In this document: in pieces, positions 44,451 through 54,658 of the stretch
Layout of the letters: every line of letters starts with the position of its first letter
How positions within the stretch are numbered: the stretch's first letter is position 1
From: an uncultured Ignavibacteria bacterium
GTDB taxonomy: Bacteria > Bacteroidota > Ignavibacteria > Kapaibacteriales > Kapaibacteriaceae
DNA: 64,000 bases
Assembly: GCA_937870915.1 (NCBI GenBank)
Contig: CALMZQ010000027.1
Location: 1,289 to 65,288, forward strand
Direction of reading: 5' to 3'
The notes under the pieces: generated by a model
The model's input: the letters and a program-made list of their open reading frames with translations, nothing else
Databases searched by the model: none
What the model was told of the DNA's origin: nothing
Made by a program: the position numbers and the translations under genes

Positions 44451-44881
44451 ACAGAACTCGTGCTCTCACGATCGGACTTGTTACAACGCTCGCATTGGCC
44501 GGCTGCGAGCTCTTTGTTGTTGGAGGGGGCTCTCGAAAACCACAGCAGATCGAACGAAGTCAACGTTCAGCTCCCGGCGTGGTTCATTTGTTCAAGGCAG
44601 AAGTTGATAGTGGCAATACAACTGCTGCAACGGAATTGATGCTTAACACGAACGGACGGCCTCTACTTGCTGTAGAAAAATTTGAGCTTTCCGACGATCT
44701 GCAGCGATGGAAAACCATCATGGCTCAAAAGCCGATCTCAGAAACTACAGTGGACACACTGAGTGATAGCACGCACAGCGTGCGTATCACGTTGGACTAT
44801 GTTCGGACCATGCAGTTCTCCACGCTCCGCAAGCAGGGCTTGTGGTGGGTGACAAAGATCCAAGATGCGCCTAAGCGCTAA
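44447..44881 (+). CDS. Small lipoprotein, unknown function
   Basis: MNRTRALTIGLVTTLALAGC lipobox. The ATG overlaps the upstream stop (ATGA). Confidence 0.55.
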   Translation: MNRTRALTIGLVTTLALAGCELFVVGGGSRKPQQIERSQRSAPGVVHLFKAEVDSGNTTAATELMLNTNGRPLLAVEKFELSDDLQRWKTIMAQKPISETTVDTLSDSTHSVRITLDYVRTMQFSTLRKQGLWWVTKIQDAPKR

Positions 44882-44883
44882 GC

Positions 44884-46227
44884 TTACCGGGCGATAACCA
44901 CGGTCTGCATCGTTACGTTACCGTTAGCAACGGCACGCAGCGTGTAGACACCCTGTGGAATGCCCTGTGTGACGAGTGAGATGCGTTGTGAAGCACCCGG
45001 TGTAACGAAGGCGGCATGACTGTCAATCACGCGCTCACCGGCAACATTGAGAAGGTCTACAACCACATTTGAAGGCACGTCTGTCTCAACCGTTACACTT
45101 ACGCGATCATTTGCTGGGTTTGGCATGATGCCTGTGCGGACTGTGAACGGAATAGACTCCTCCACAGAATTTGCTGGATCAAGATGCCTGTGAACGGGAT
45201 CACCCGTAGGGGCAATGAAGACGTGGTTATCCTTGGTCACAACAACACCTGAACAAGCTCCATCTCCCGCGAGGCCGTCTTTCACAATCGTAAAGACCTC
45301 ACCATAGTTCGTGCCTTTGAACGGCCCGGAATTCTTCTCCGTTGTCACCCACATGTCACCATTAGAACCGAATGAAATGGCAGAGATGCGATTGTTGGTT
45401 ACATCGCGATTATCCCAACCATTTAGCATATAGCTCCACTGTTCACCATCATTCGTCGACTTAATTACAACGGCGTTCGTTGTCTTCGTCGACCCGGGGA
45501 GAGCGTTACGCCCCACGTAAATGGTCCCATTCTTGTCATAGGCAAACGTAGCGTAAAGGTCGTCACTTTCATTTGTGCTTCCATCGCCATTATCTATACG
45601 TCTCCAACTGGCTCCATAGTCCGTTGTTCGGAAGAGTCCTTTGTTATAGGCAACGGAGACGAACATCTTTTCGGAGTTCGGTGAGAGAAACACTTCGAAC
45701 AACGAAGAAGTAGCACTCGGTAGACCATTAAGCGCGATAGGGATAAATGTTGCACCGCCATCACTAGAGAATTGAGCTTTCAAATTCGATGCACCGGCAT
45801 CATATCCCACAAAGATCTGCGTTGGGCCACCTGAAGGTGATTTCGTACTGATGCTGACCCGTGAACTCGGAGCGATCGTAATCCCGATATCGATCTTGGT
45901 CCACGATTCGCCATCGTTTGTAGATCTCAGAACACCAAGTCCATTGACGGCTGCATAGAGGACGTCATTGGCCGCCACGCTGATCTGGTTTATCGGAAAC
46001 CAGTTTGGGCCACCATCATCGATACCGCTATCGAATGCAACCCACGTATTTCCACGATCGGTTGTGCGGTACACCTTACTGAATGGCGTGCCGACTATCA
46101 CATGACCCTTGGAGTTGGTTACCATGCATGTGGATGCCGATGGAGGACCATCTGTGTTTTGCCAAAATTGAGCCGAGGCGGTTGTAGTAGCAACAAGTGC
46201 AACGATGGCGAGGAACAGGACGTGCAT
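44884..46227 (-). CDS. Secreted BNR/Asp-box beta-propeller protein with T9SS CTD
   Basis: Five Asp-boxes (TDRGNTW, TNDGESW, SSDGGATF, TTDYGASW, TNDGEQW). CTD ending GVYTLRAVANGNVTMQTVVIAR. Confidence 0.7.
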   Translation of the reverse strand: MHVLFLAIVALVATTTASAQFWQNTDGPPSASTCMVTNSKGHVIVGTPFSKVYRTTDRGNTWVAFDSGIDDGGPNWFPINQISVAANDVLYAAVNGLGVLRSTNDGESWTKIDIGITIAPSSRVSISTKSPSGGPTQIFVGYDAGASNLKAQFSSDGGATFIPIALNGLPSATSSLFEVFLSPNSEKMFVSVAYNKGLFRTTDYGASWRRIDNGDGSTNESDDLYATFAYDKNGTIYVGRNALPGSTKTTNAVVIKSTNDGEQWSYMLNGWDNRDVTNNRISAISFGSNGDMWVTTEKNSGPFKGTNYGEVFTIVKDGLAGDGACSGVVVTKDNHVFIAPTGDPVHRHLDPANSVEESIPFTVRTGIMPNPANDRVSVTVETDVPSNVVVDLLNVAGERVIDSHAAFVTPGASQRISLVTQGIPQGVYTLRAVANGNVTMQTVVIAR

Positions 46228-46273
46228 GCAACGGCTCCGGTGGTGATTCAGACGCCACAGTGGGATGTGGCTC

Positions 46274-46281
46274 TATCTTTG
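46274..46281 (+). promoter_or_regulatory. Candidate -7 box TATCTTTG upstream of mpl
   Basis: Matches TAnnTTTG, 45 nt before ATG 46327. Confidence 0.25.
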
Positions 46282-46326
46282 TACGAATCGGGCAAGATAC
46301 CAATTTTAACCTATGGGCGAAATTCG

Positions 46327-47760
46327 ATGAATATCCATTTTATCGGGGTTGGCGGAACGGCCATGGGGTCCGTGGCAATTGCCTGCAAAATGCAGGGTCA
46401 TCATGTTACCGGGAGTGATGGCCCCCTCTATCCTCCGATGAGCACCGTTCTGGACCAGGCAGGGATCATTCGATTCGAGGGGTACTCAGCTGACCGCTTA
46501 CAAACACTTGTTCCGGACCTAGTGGTGGTTGGAAATGCCATTAGTAGGGGTAACGAGGAATTGGAGCTCGTTCTAGACCTTCGTTGGGATATGACGTCAA
46601 TGGCTGAACTGGTTGGCAGACTCTTCATTGCAAAAAACACCTCTATCGTCTGTTGTGGCACCCACGGCAAAACAACCACATCATGTATGGCTGCCTGGTT
46701 ATTGGAATCTGCAGGATTCAATCCCGGGTTCCTCATCGGCGGTGTGCCGGGGAGTTTCGATGTAGGCTGTAGGCCAGTCCCAACCGACATCCACAATACT
46801 CGAGCTGGGGTTTTTGTAACGGAAGGAGATGAATATGACACAGCGTTCTTCGACAAAAGAAGCAAGTTCATTCATTACCGACCAACCATTGCCATTATCA
46901 ACAATCTCGAATTCGATCATGCCGACATCTTCGAAAACACCGAGGCAATCATCCGGTCCTTTCAGCACATGGTCCGGCTTATCCCTCGTTCCGGTGTACT
47001 GCTAGTACATGCCGAAGACCAGAACGCACACATTGCAGCCCAAAACGCCCCTTGTCCGGTAGAGTTTGTTGGTACGTTAGAAGGGGCTTCATGGCAAATC
47101 ACCGATATCATCGAGGATGGCAGTTCAACCACCTGGACGATACTCCGCAACGGCGATGTGTACGGACAATTCACACTTCCAATGCCGGGCGAACATAATC
47201 TTCGCAATGCCACGATGGCTATTGCAGCCACAGCTGCAGCAGGCCTCACATCCGAAGAACAACAACGGGGTCTCGCGCATTTCATAGCGCCAAAACGTCG
47301 GCTTGAAGAGATCGGTTCTTGGAAGGGATGCACTGTTGTTGACGACTTTGCCCACCACCCAACCGCAATCGCCGCAACGATCAAGGCACTTCAGCAACGC
47401 TACCCTGCCGGAAATATTCACGTTGTCTTTGAGCCCCGCTCCAACACTACCACACGCAACTTCTTTCAGCACGAGTTAGCGCAGTGTTTCAAAGGGGCAA
47501 GCACTGTTTGTCTTGGTCCGGTGAACCGTCCTGAACGATACAGTATTGACGAACGCCTTAATACCGACGTGTTGGTGCAAGAGATAACGTCCTTGGGTAT
47601 CAAGGCAGTCTCCCTCGCACCAGACCGCGCAACAGATCCACACTGGGGTACGGATATCGCAGACATTCTTGCGCAGCACGTACAACCAAACGACGTGATC
47701 GCCATCCTCAGCAACGGAGACGTGGGCGGCCTGCGCGGGCTGCTGACCCAGGGCTGCTGA
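46327..47760 (+). CDS. mpl: UDP-N-acetylmuramate:L-alanyl-gamma-D-glutamyl-meso-diaminopimelate ligase
   Basis: Mur-ligase pattern (IHFIGVGGTAMG, GTHGKTTT). Length and N-terminus fit Mpl rather than MurC. This Mpl-versus-MurC choice is an inference. Confidence 0.75.
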   Translation: MNIHFIGVGGTAMGSVAIACKMQGHHVTGSDGPLYPPMSTVLDQAGIIRFEGYSADRLQTLVPDLVVVGNAISRGNEELELVLDLRWDMTSMAELVGRLFIAKNTSIVCCGTHGKTTTSCMAAWLLESAGFNPGFLIGGVPGSFDVGCRPVPTDIHNTRAGVFVTEGDEYDTAFFDKRSKFIHYRPTIAIINNLEFDHADIFENTEAIIRSFQHMVRLIPRSGVLLVHAEDQNAHIAAQNAPCPVEFVGTLEGASWQITDIIEDGSSTTWTILRNGDVYGQFTLPMPGEHNLRNATMAIAATAAAGLTSEEQQRGLAHFIAPKRRLEEIGSWKGCTVVDDFAHHPTAIAATIKALQQRYPAGNIHVVFEPRSNTTTRNFFQHELAQCFKGASTVCLGPVNRPERYSIDERLNTDVLVQEITSLGIKAVSLAPDRATDPHWGTDIADILAQHVQPNDVIAILSNGDVGGLRGLLTQGC

Positions 47761-47768
47761 CCCAGGGG

Positions 47769-50700
47769 TCAGCGCTCAACCACCAGCTTCCGCAGCACCG
47801 GCTCTGCATCCGCCCCCTGTTCATTCGTACCAGTTACACGGTAGAAGTAGAGGCCGGGTGGAAGGCGTTCACCTGCTGAAGTTCGGAGGTTCCAACGTAC
47901 ACCTCCGTTGCCTTCTGTGCTGGAAATGGTTGCCAGTGTTCGCATCGCACCGTCAAGAACTTCAACAGTGGCGTTTTGTGTAAGTCCACCAAATGTGATC
48001 TCTTCGTCACGGGCAAGGCGTACGGGGTGCGGGTAGACAAACGCCGACTCTACATCAAGTGCTGTTACAATGAATGTAGCGGTGTTGCCAGCTCCAGTAG
48101 TGATCGCACCATCAGGATCTCCGATGATGCCTGTTGCTGTTAGAGAATATGTCATACCCCGAGCAGTGAGGGGGCTTGCCGGATCTAGGTCGAGTTCCAC
48201 TGTTCGGGCATCAATGCGAGTTGCCTTCTGCACTGAGCCGATTGGGCTGAGAGCGTAGTTCAATGGATTCGTTGATGTAGCATCAACATCGGCTGTGTAT
48301 GCAACCCGCAAAATGGTTGATGATCGCACGCCAAGGGATGCTATAGCGAACACAGGAGTTGATGCCGGTGCGTCGCGCACAACGAGAGCAAAGGACGTGT
48401 CTTCAATAGGTTTCGCTGCTATGTCATTGATGCGTTGTGCGCGGATGGACAACAGGCCGTTGTAGGCAACCGGAGGGAAGGTTAAGAGTACTTCACGTTG
48501 TGTTCCCGAAACAGCTGTTCGGGTAGGCACCACTCCAATATCCGAGGTTCTGTCCCATAGGAGAAACTGCGTTGGTTCGATATGCTGAATGTTGATGTCA
48601 GCACTATAGCGGACTTGGATCTGAAGACCGGCAAGAAGTTCTGCTCTCGTGATGGTGTCACGATTCAATCCAATTGCCCGCGTTTGCGATCCGAGCGTGA
48701 ACTGAGCATCATTCGATCGTTGACTCGCTTGAATGCTCGTGTCCGTTGGGTAGGCTACAACTGCATATCGAACGGACGATGATGTCGTTGGCACGAGTGT
48801 GACAAGTGTTGTTGCGTTGGTGCTGTCAACAATGCGATACGGTCCATTGTTCACGCTAGAAAACACGCTGTAGCGTGCGGTATTCGCTACGGGCATCCAA
48901 TTGAGAACAATCGATTCTTGATCGAGGTAGTGACCTCGCAGGGATGTCGGAGTTGGGTGACGTTTCGTGGTGTCAACTTCACTGAATTGAAAGCCGGCCA
49001 TGATACCAAGATTGGGGAACGTTACCCCATACCCGAGCTCATTCAAGCCGTTTTTGTTAAAGTCGTACATCAAGAATCGCGGGCTCACTACATCAGGTAC
49101 ATACCAGCGAGATACAATGGCGTTCGATGAGGCATTGTACCCAAACACATACATGCGTGGATATGCGCAGACTACGATCTCTTCCCCTGGACGTGTATCG
49201 AGATCACCCACGTCTACGCCATTTCGATATCCGATGCCATAGCGTACGCCGGCGATGTGGTCCGTCCATAGTGTTTCATAAAGGTCATTCCCTCGTGCAC
49301 GTAGCAGTCGATATGTCCACACATCGCGCCCATACTCTCGCTCTGCATCTGGCTGCGTGCTATCCGGCACGCCAAACACTACATCAATCTTGCCGTCCGC
49401 ATCAACATCGCCACTTGCTACAAATCCTGATCCGCCCCCTCCATTCGTCTCAAGTGTGAGGCGGTTTACAAAGTCCTGACCGGTCCATTCCGAAATCACT
49501 AGGTCTCCATCTGTATCACCGAAGGCTACGTCCATAGCACCGTCTCCATCAAAGTCACCCGCGGCTACGCTAATCTCGTCAACACGGTTGTTCACATTTC
49601 CATAGGAAGGGGCTGATGTATTGCTGGCCATACCAAGGCGCTCAAAGCGGTTATTGCGATAGGTAATGGCCGTGCATCCTGAGTCTGAGAGAAGTAATAG
49701 TTCCTCTCTACCATCACCATTGATATCGGCAACACCTGCGCCGTTTTGACGTCCGGATGAGTCGGCATAGATGATCTTGGCAAATGGAGAGCCCCCTACC
49801 GTTGCTTGTTCAAAAAGCACTGCTCGGCCAACTATATGACAGAGCACCTCAAGAAGTCCATTACCATTTGCGTCACATAATCCTCGCGGGATCCACGTGC
49901 TGGTAATGGAGTCTCGGCGAACCCACGTCCCGTCACGATACTGCATGGTGTATGTTTGGCCAAATGAGCCGGAGGCGAGATCGCTCATGACAAATGTTGG
50001 AAGTCCGTCTCCATAGATGTCTCGCACATCGTTAAGGACGTATCCCGACCATGGGGCAGACTCGGTTCTCTTCCATCCGCTCACGGTAGGAGCCCCTTCT
50101 CGAGAAGCTGCAACGGACAATGTTGTGTCCACTGTTGCCCCACTGAGTGTCTTGCATTGCACGAGGGCAGAGATTGTATCAAGCGCGATGATGCTATCCG
50201 GCGCAAGTACACTGTGCGACCGAACGAACCGCTTCACATCGCTATAGATTGTGGTGTTCTCTGCCGCTACCTGCATTGTGAGAGCTGTAGAACGCGAGCT
50301 TCGGACACTGATCACCGGTGTGCGTCTGTCGGTGGTCCAGGCGTTAACCATCTCTGCCTTGACAATTTTCAACGTATTATCATTCACGATGGTGATGCGC
50401 TTTCGATCATCAAGAGTACGACCGTCCTTGCAGGTAACGCCAAGCCGAATTGTATAGAGTCCGGAGGCCAGGGTTGTGGTATTGAACGTTGCCAATGTGT
50501 CGAGCCTGACGGCAACGTCCGAACTACCGACCGTTGTCCAGGTCGTTGGGTCCAAGCCAACACCAATGTCTACTCTGTACGATGCAAACGGTGCAACAAG
50601 CACACTTCCAACAACAGAAAGCATTGGTGTTTGTTGAGCGTCAACTTCGTCTTCATTTCTTGGTTGCCGAATACCATAGGCTGACAGCCCCTGGGCACTG

Positions 50701-52028
50701 AGCGCTGCATCCACATTCAGCCTGCCAGCTCCGTAGGATACATCCCATCCACGTTCACCGAGATCGAGCGAACGTTCCTGCAGTGTACCACGGATCTCTT
50801 CCGGCGTTATCGCATTCTCATAACGCTCAAGCATCATGGCTGCAGCCGCTGCTACGTAGGGTGCAGCGAATGACGTTCCGTTGACTGTTCTATACCGTGA
50901 GTTTACCGCTGTTGTAACGATGGATTCCCCGGGGGCACAAAGTGCAACCAACGAGCCGATACTCGAGAATGGAGACCTTCGATCTTCTTCGTTTGTTGAA
51001 CCAACGGCAATCACCTCATCATACCCGGCCGGGAATTGTCTAGAAGTTGTCCCCGTGTTTCCTGCGGAGGCAACAAGGACAACATTCATCGACGCAGCGA
51101 ACTTCACAGCATCACGCAACATTGGCGAGTCAACACCATCACCGAAGCTCATGTTCACAACATGTACACCTGTAAGGGCAGCATACACAAGCGCACTTGC
51201 GATGTCATCCTCCTCAGCATTACCTGTTGCATCAAACGCACGTAGTGCGCGTAGCCGAGCCCCGTATGCAAGACCTGCGATGCCAATGGAATTATTCGGT
51301 GTGGCGGCTACAACGCCCCCTACTGATGTTCCATGACCTTGTTCGTCGAATGGGATGGGATCCCTCGTGCGGTCGTCTCCAAGATTCCGCACGTCTTGAT
51401 CAACAAAGTCGTAGCCGATAACATCATCAGCTACACCGTTGTTATCGTCATCAATGCCGTTTAGATCACCAGCAACTCCATCGATCTCTACATCCGATGG
51501 CCAGTCATCAAACCGACCGTTGGCGTTAATATCTTCAGCTTCGGACACGGCCATCGCACCAACCAGATCCTCATGTGTCCAATCAATACCGGTGTCGATG
51601 ATACCTACTACAATGCCTCTGCCTGTTGCTTTGGTCCAAGCAGACTTCGCACCAATCACTGATAGCGCATATTGTTGTGAGGCCAACGAGTCATTTGTAA
51701 GGGGCTCTGCATGGATCTTCATCGTGGCCAGCGGACGAACGTCCACCACACCATCAATCAAGGTGATGTCCTTGACTGTTACGCCGTCCGGGAGGGTGAG
51801 CACAACGTATCGCAACAAAGATTCATAGGCATCACGTTGAGATCGCAGCTGAACGCGTTCAGGAAGCTTCTGTTGGTCCATGCTCTGCGGCAATATCCGA
51901 GTAGCACCATACTCACGAAGCGTTGAGGGGATATTCGGCGTGCGCAGTGTGACAACAACTGTCTCTCTTGCGTGTGCTGCGAACAACATCACGGTCAACA
52001 TCAGCACTACGGTGATAACGATTCTCAT
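47769..52028 (-). CDS. 1419-aa secreted subtilisin-like (S8) peptidase with FG-GAP/VCBS-like repeats and T9SS CTD
   Basis: Catalytic D (GIIDTGID), H (HGTSVGG) and S (GTSFAAPYVAA). Repeated DxNGDG..D calcium-type motifs. CTD ending GLYFYRVTG...LRKLVVER. Confidence 0.85.
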   Translation of the reverse strand: MRIVITVVLMLTVMLFAAHARETVVVTLRTPNIPSTLREYGATRILPQSMDQQKLPERVQLRSQRDAYESLLRYVVLTLPDGVTVKDITLIDGVVDVRPLATMKIHAEPLTNDSLASQQYALSVIGAKSAWTKATGRGIVVGIIDTGIDWTHEDLVGAMAVSEAEDINANGRFDDWPSDVEIDGVAGDLNGIDDDNNGVADDVIGYDFVDQDVRNLGDDRTRDPIPFDEQGHGTSVGGVVAATPNNSIGIAGLAYGARLRALRAFDATGNAEEDDIASALVYAALTGVHVVNMSFGDGVDSPMLRDAVKFAASMNVVLVASAGNTGTTSRQFPAGYDEVIAVGSTNEEDRRSPFSSIGSLVALCAPGESIVTTAVNSRYRTVNGTSFAAPYVAAAAAMMLERYENAITPEEIRGTLQERSLDLGERGWDVSYGAGRLNVDAALSAQGLSAYGIRQPRNEDEVDAQQTPMLSVVGSVLVAPFASYRVDIGVGLDPTTWTTVGSSDVAVRLDTLATFNTTTLASGLYTIRLGVTCKDGRTLDDRKRITIVNDNTLKIVKAEMVNAWTTDRRTPVISVRSSRSTALTMQVAAENTTIYSDVKRFVRSHSVLAPDSIIALDTISALVQCKTLSGATVDTTLSVAASREGAPTVSGWKRTESAPWSGYVLNDVRDIYGDGLPTFVMSDLASGSFGQTYTMQYRDGTWVRRDSITSTWIPRGLCDANGNGLLEVLCHIVGRAVLFEQATVGGSPFAKIIYADSSGRQNGAGVADINGDGREELLLLSDSGCTAITYRNNRFERLGMASNTSAPSYGNVNNRVDEISVAAGDFDGDGAMDVAFGDTDGDLVISEWTGQDFVNRLTLETNGGGGSGFVASGDVDADGKIDVVFGVPDSTQPDAEREYGRDVWTYRLLRARGNDLYETLWTDHIAGVRYGIGYRNGVDVGDLDTRPGEEIVVCAYPRMYVFGYNASSNAIVSRWYVPDVVSPRFLMYDFNKNGLNELGYGVTFPNLGIMAGFQFSEVDTTKRHPTPTSLRGHYLDQESIVLNWMPVANTARYSVFSSVNNGPYRIVDSTNATTLVTLVPTTSSSVRYAVVAYPTDTSIQASQRSNDAQFTLGSQTRAIGLNRDTITRAELLAGLQIQVRYSADINIQHIEPTQFLLWDRTSDIGVVPTRTAVSGTQREVLLTFPPVAYNGLLSIRAQRINDIAAKPIEDTSFALVVRDAPASTPVFAIASLGVRSSTILRVAYTADVDATSTNPLNYALSPIGSVQKATRIDARTVELDLDPASPLTARGMTYSLTATGIIGDPDGAITTGAGNTATFIVTALDVESAFVYPHPVRLARDEEITFGGLTQNATVEVLDGAMRTLATISSTEGNGGVRWNLRTSAGERLPPGLYFYRVTGTNEQGADAEPVLRKLVVER

Positions 52029-54658
52029 GAGTCCTCAGAGTAGAGATCGCGTCGGGCAAATGCAAGAGCAACGCGAAGGACTGCAAGATCGACATCCTCG
52101 CCCAGATGCTCACGCACGTGTCTGAGTTTTGCAAAACGATGGTGGCGGACGTAGTCGAGGACGTCTTGATACAAACCGTCGTGTACAAGCTCGTCCCTCC
52201 GAATGTCCAACCCGGCCTCAACTGCTCGCTGGATGGCCTGCGCTGCTGCGGGAGGTGTCATGCGGGCCTCTCGCGCAACCTGATGCAGCGTCCACCCCGG
52301 ACGTACAAGTGCCGCTATCATAGTTGCATCGGCATCGGCACGCACCTTGGGAACTGATTGAACCTCTGCCTTTCCTATATCCTTGAGTACCTGGATGATT
52401 TCAGCCCCATATCGAGCGAGAAAGAGCCCACTACCGTGTTTCCCAGGAACAAGATCGGTCACCATCCGAGGATTATCAGCTGCGATCCGCTGAAGCTCTT
52501 CTCTGCCGGCCAGCGTTAACTCCGCCGTACCGTCCCGTGCGGATACACGCTCTCGCAAGGCCAACAAGGCATTTAATGCAGCCGACGAGTCAGCTTCGGG
52601 CGTTCGTGCTTCATATCGCAAGGGTGTTGGTAAGGGGCCAGCGATCTTCATGCCCTCTTCGGTAACACCGATCGTAGGATAGAGGTCTGCTGTCCGGACG
52701 AGCCATGCGTGGTCTAGGGCTTCATCCAGTGCTTCAAGAACTTCATGTCTGGACCGACTACGATGACTTCCCCATGTGATGCACCGATCGAGCCTGTTCT
52801 GTGTGACTCTTTCTGATACCGTTCCCGTTACTACATCGACCACTACATGCCGACCATATCGTGAATGCAACTGCCACACTGTTTGGACCAGTGATTGAAT
52901 AATGTCCATGTGTCTCTCACTAACAGATCTCGCTGAGACACTTCCGGTGCACGACGAGCAAACTCCACACGTACCTGTTGTTGAGGGATCTCCGAAGTAG
53001 GAGAGGATGAAGTTCCTCTTACACTGCCGTGTTTCTGCATATCGAACCACAACCTCGAGCTTCTGTATGGCATGTGCTCTTCTGGTATGAATCGTTTCCC
53101 AATCGATGGGTAACATCGCGGGTGCAACACGTTCACTGGAAATCACAATACCACCACCGGTATTGGGTGGAATGTAGCGAACCAGTCGAGCAACCTGCAT
53201 GGTCCGCATGGTCTCTGAAAATTCATGTGCAGTGATGGCTGTTCTGCGTAGGAGTTCACTAAGTGAAAAATCAACATTCGCTCCAACGTCACGTCCAGCC
53301 ATGAGTCGCGCAATGGCATCAGCCACAAGGCGACGTTCCGGAGGTGATGCAGCAGCAAACTCGGCCAATCGTTGGGCACTTGTACGTAGCTGAAGTCGCG
53401 CGGCTCCCGACGACGTAGTTCGGACAACAACTCCGGACCGTTCCAACACGTTCAATACGCCCCCTACCTCAGCTATTGGCATATGCACGGCAACGGCGAT
53501 GCTCGCCGCATCTGCAAGAATGGGTGTATCGCTGAAACTTCCAAGTGGCAATTGTGCACGATCGCAGAGGTAGGTGTAGACGTCGGCAACATGCTTGCGT
53601 TCCGGATACGTTCCGGAGATATAGAACTCCATAAGCCTGCGATCTTCCGGCTGATAGATCAGAGTACATGTTGACGGCTGTCCATCACGTCCGGCTCGGC
53701 CCGCCTCCTGATAGTATGCCTCCAGGGTGAGAGTAAGATCGGTGTGGAAGACATGACGAACATTGGATTTATCGATGCCCATTCCAAAAGCATTGGTAGC
53801 AGCAAGAATATTGGTAGAACCATTGAGGAATCTGTCCTGTACGTCGGATCTGTCTCGTGACGACATACCGGCATGATAGCCCTCGGCTGCGATACCTCTA
53901 CGTCGCAAGTCCTCTGCTACGCTCTCTACTCTTCTGCGAGAACCGCAATAGATGATCGCCGGCTCGTTTGGGTGCGTCCGAAGAGTTCGTGTAAGGTATT
54001 CGATCTTTGCTGCCGTGCGCTCGATGCGAAAGGATAGATTGGGTCGGTCAAATCCGCGTACTACTTCTACTGCATCAAGAAGTCCGAGAGATCGTGAAAT
54101 GTCTGCTCGAACATCAGGCGTAGCAGTTGCAGTTAGAGCCAGGATGGGAATCCGTGCACGGTCTTCGAAAAGTGATGTTATGTTTTGGTAGGCCGGTCGG
54201 AAATCATGGCCCCATTCACTGATGCAGTGGGCCTCATCAACTGCTACAAGACTTATAGGGATCGTTCGGAGCTGACGTCTGAAGGTGGCAGACTCTAATC
54301 TTTCCGGAGCCACATACAAGAGTTTGATCCGACCACTATGAGCTTCATGGATCACATTGTTGATCTCGCCTGCACTCATACCTCCGTGAATGGCTGCTGC
54401 AGGTACACCAAGTGATCGTAGCCTTTCTGTTTGATCCTTCATCAAGGCGATAAGGGGCGAGACCACAACGGTCATGTGCGGAAAAAGAAGAGCCGGAACT
54501 TGATAACACAGAGACTTCCCGCCGCCCGTTGGCAACACACCTACAACATCCTTACCGCGCAAAACAACATTGAGGATGTCTTCCTGTCCCGCCTTAAAGG
54601 TATCATAACCAAACGTCTCTCGTAAGACCTGTGCCGCACGAACGATGAGCTGATTCAT
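52025..54658 (-). CDS. recQ: RecQ-family DNA helicase with extended C-terminal region (876 aa)
   Basis: FGYDTFKAGQ, PTGGGKS, DEAH, Zn-binding CGVCSSC, an HRDC-like segment, then about 150 extra residues. ATG 54658 overlaps the upstream stop. Confidence 0.85.
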   Translation of the reverse strand: MNQLIVRAAQVLRETFGYDTFKAGQEDILNVVLRGKDVVGVLPTGGGKSLCYQVPALLFPHMTVVVSPLIALMKDQTERLRSLGVPAAAIHGGMSAGEINNVIHEAHSGRIKLLYVAPERLESATFRRQLRTIPISLVAVDEAHCISEWGHDFRPAYQNITSLFEDRARIPILALTATATPDVRADISRSLGLLDAVEVVRGFDRPNLSFRIERTAAKIEYLTRTLRTHPNEPAIIYCGSRRRVESVAEDLRRRGIAAEGYHAGMSSRDRSDVQDRFLNGSTNILAATNAFGMGIDKSNVRHVFHTDLTLTLEAYYQEAGRAGRDGQPSTCTLIYQPEDRRLMEFYISGTYPERKHVADVYTYLCDRAQLPLGSFSDTPILADAASIAVAVHMPIAEVGGVLNVLERSGVVVRTTSSGAARLQLRTSAQRLAEFAAASPPERRLVADAIARLMAGRDVGANVDFSLSELLRRTAITAHEFSETMRTMQVARLVRYIPPNTGGGIVISSERVAPAMLPIDWETIHTRRAHAIQKLEVVVRYAETRQCKRNFILSYFGDPSTTGTCGVCSSCTGSVSARSVSERHMDIIQSLVQTVWQLHSRYGRHVVVDVVTGTVSERVTQNRLDRCITWGSHRSRSRHEVLEALDEALDHAWLVRTADLYPTIGVTEEGMKIAGPLPTPLRYEARTPEADSSAALNALLALRERVSARDGTAELTLAGREELQRIAADNPRMVTDLVPGKHGSGLFLARYGAEIIQVLKDIGKAEVQSVPKVRADADATMIAALVRPGWTLHQVAREARMTPPAAAQAIQRAVEAGLDIRRDELVHDGLYQDVLDYVRHHRFAKLRHVREHLGEDVDLAVLRVALAFARRDLYSEDS

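Noticed and set aside
47769-54658. RecQ-like helicase plus protease as a defence system
   Set aside because: The peptidase has a signal peptide and a T9SS sorting domain, so it is extracellular. The helicase has the full housekeeping RecQ motif set. No nuclease, methylase or other defence hallmarks are adjacent.
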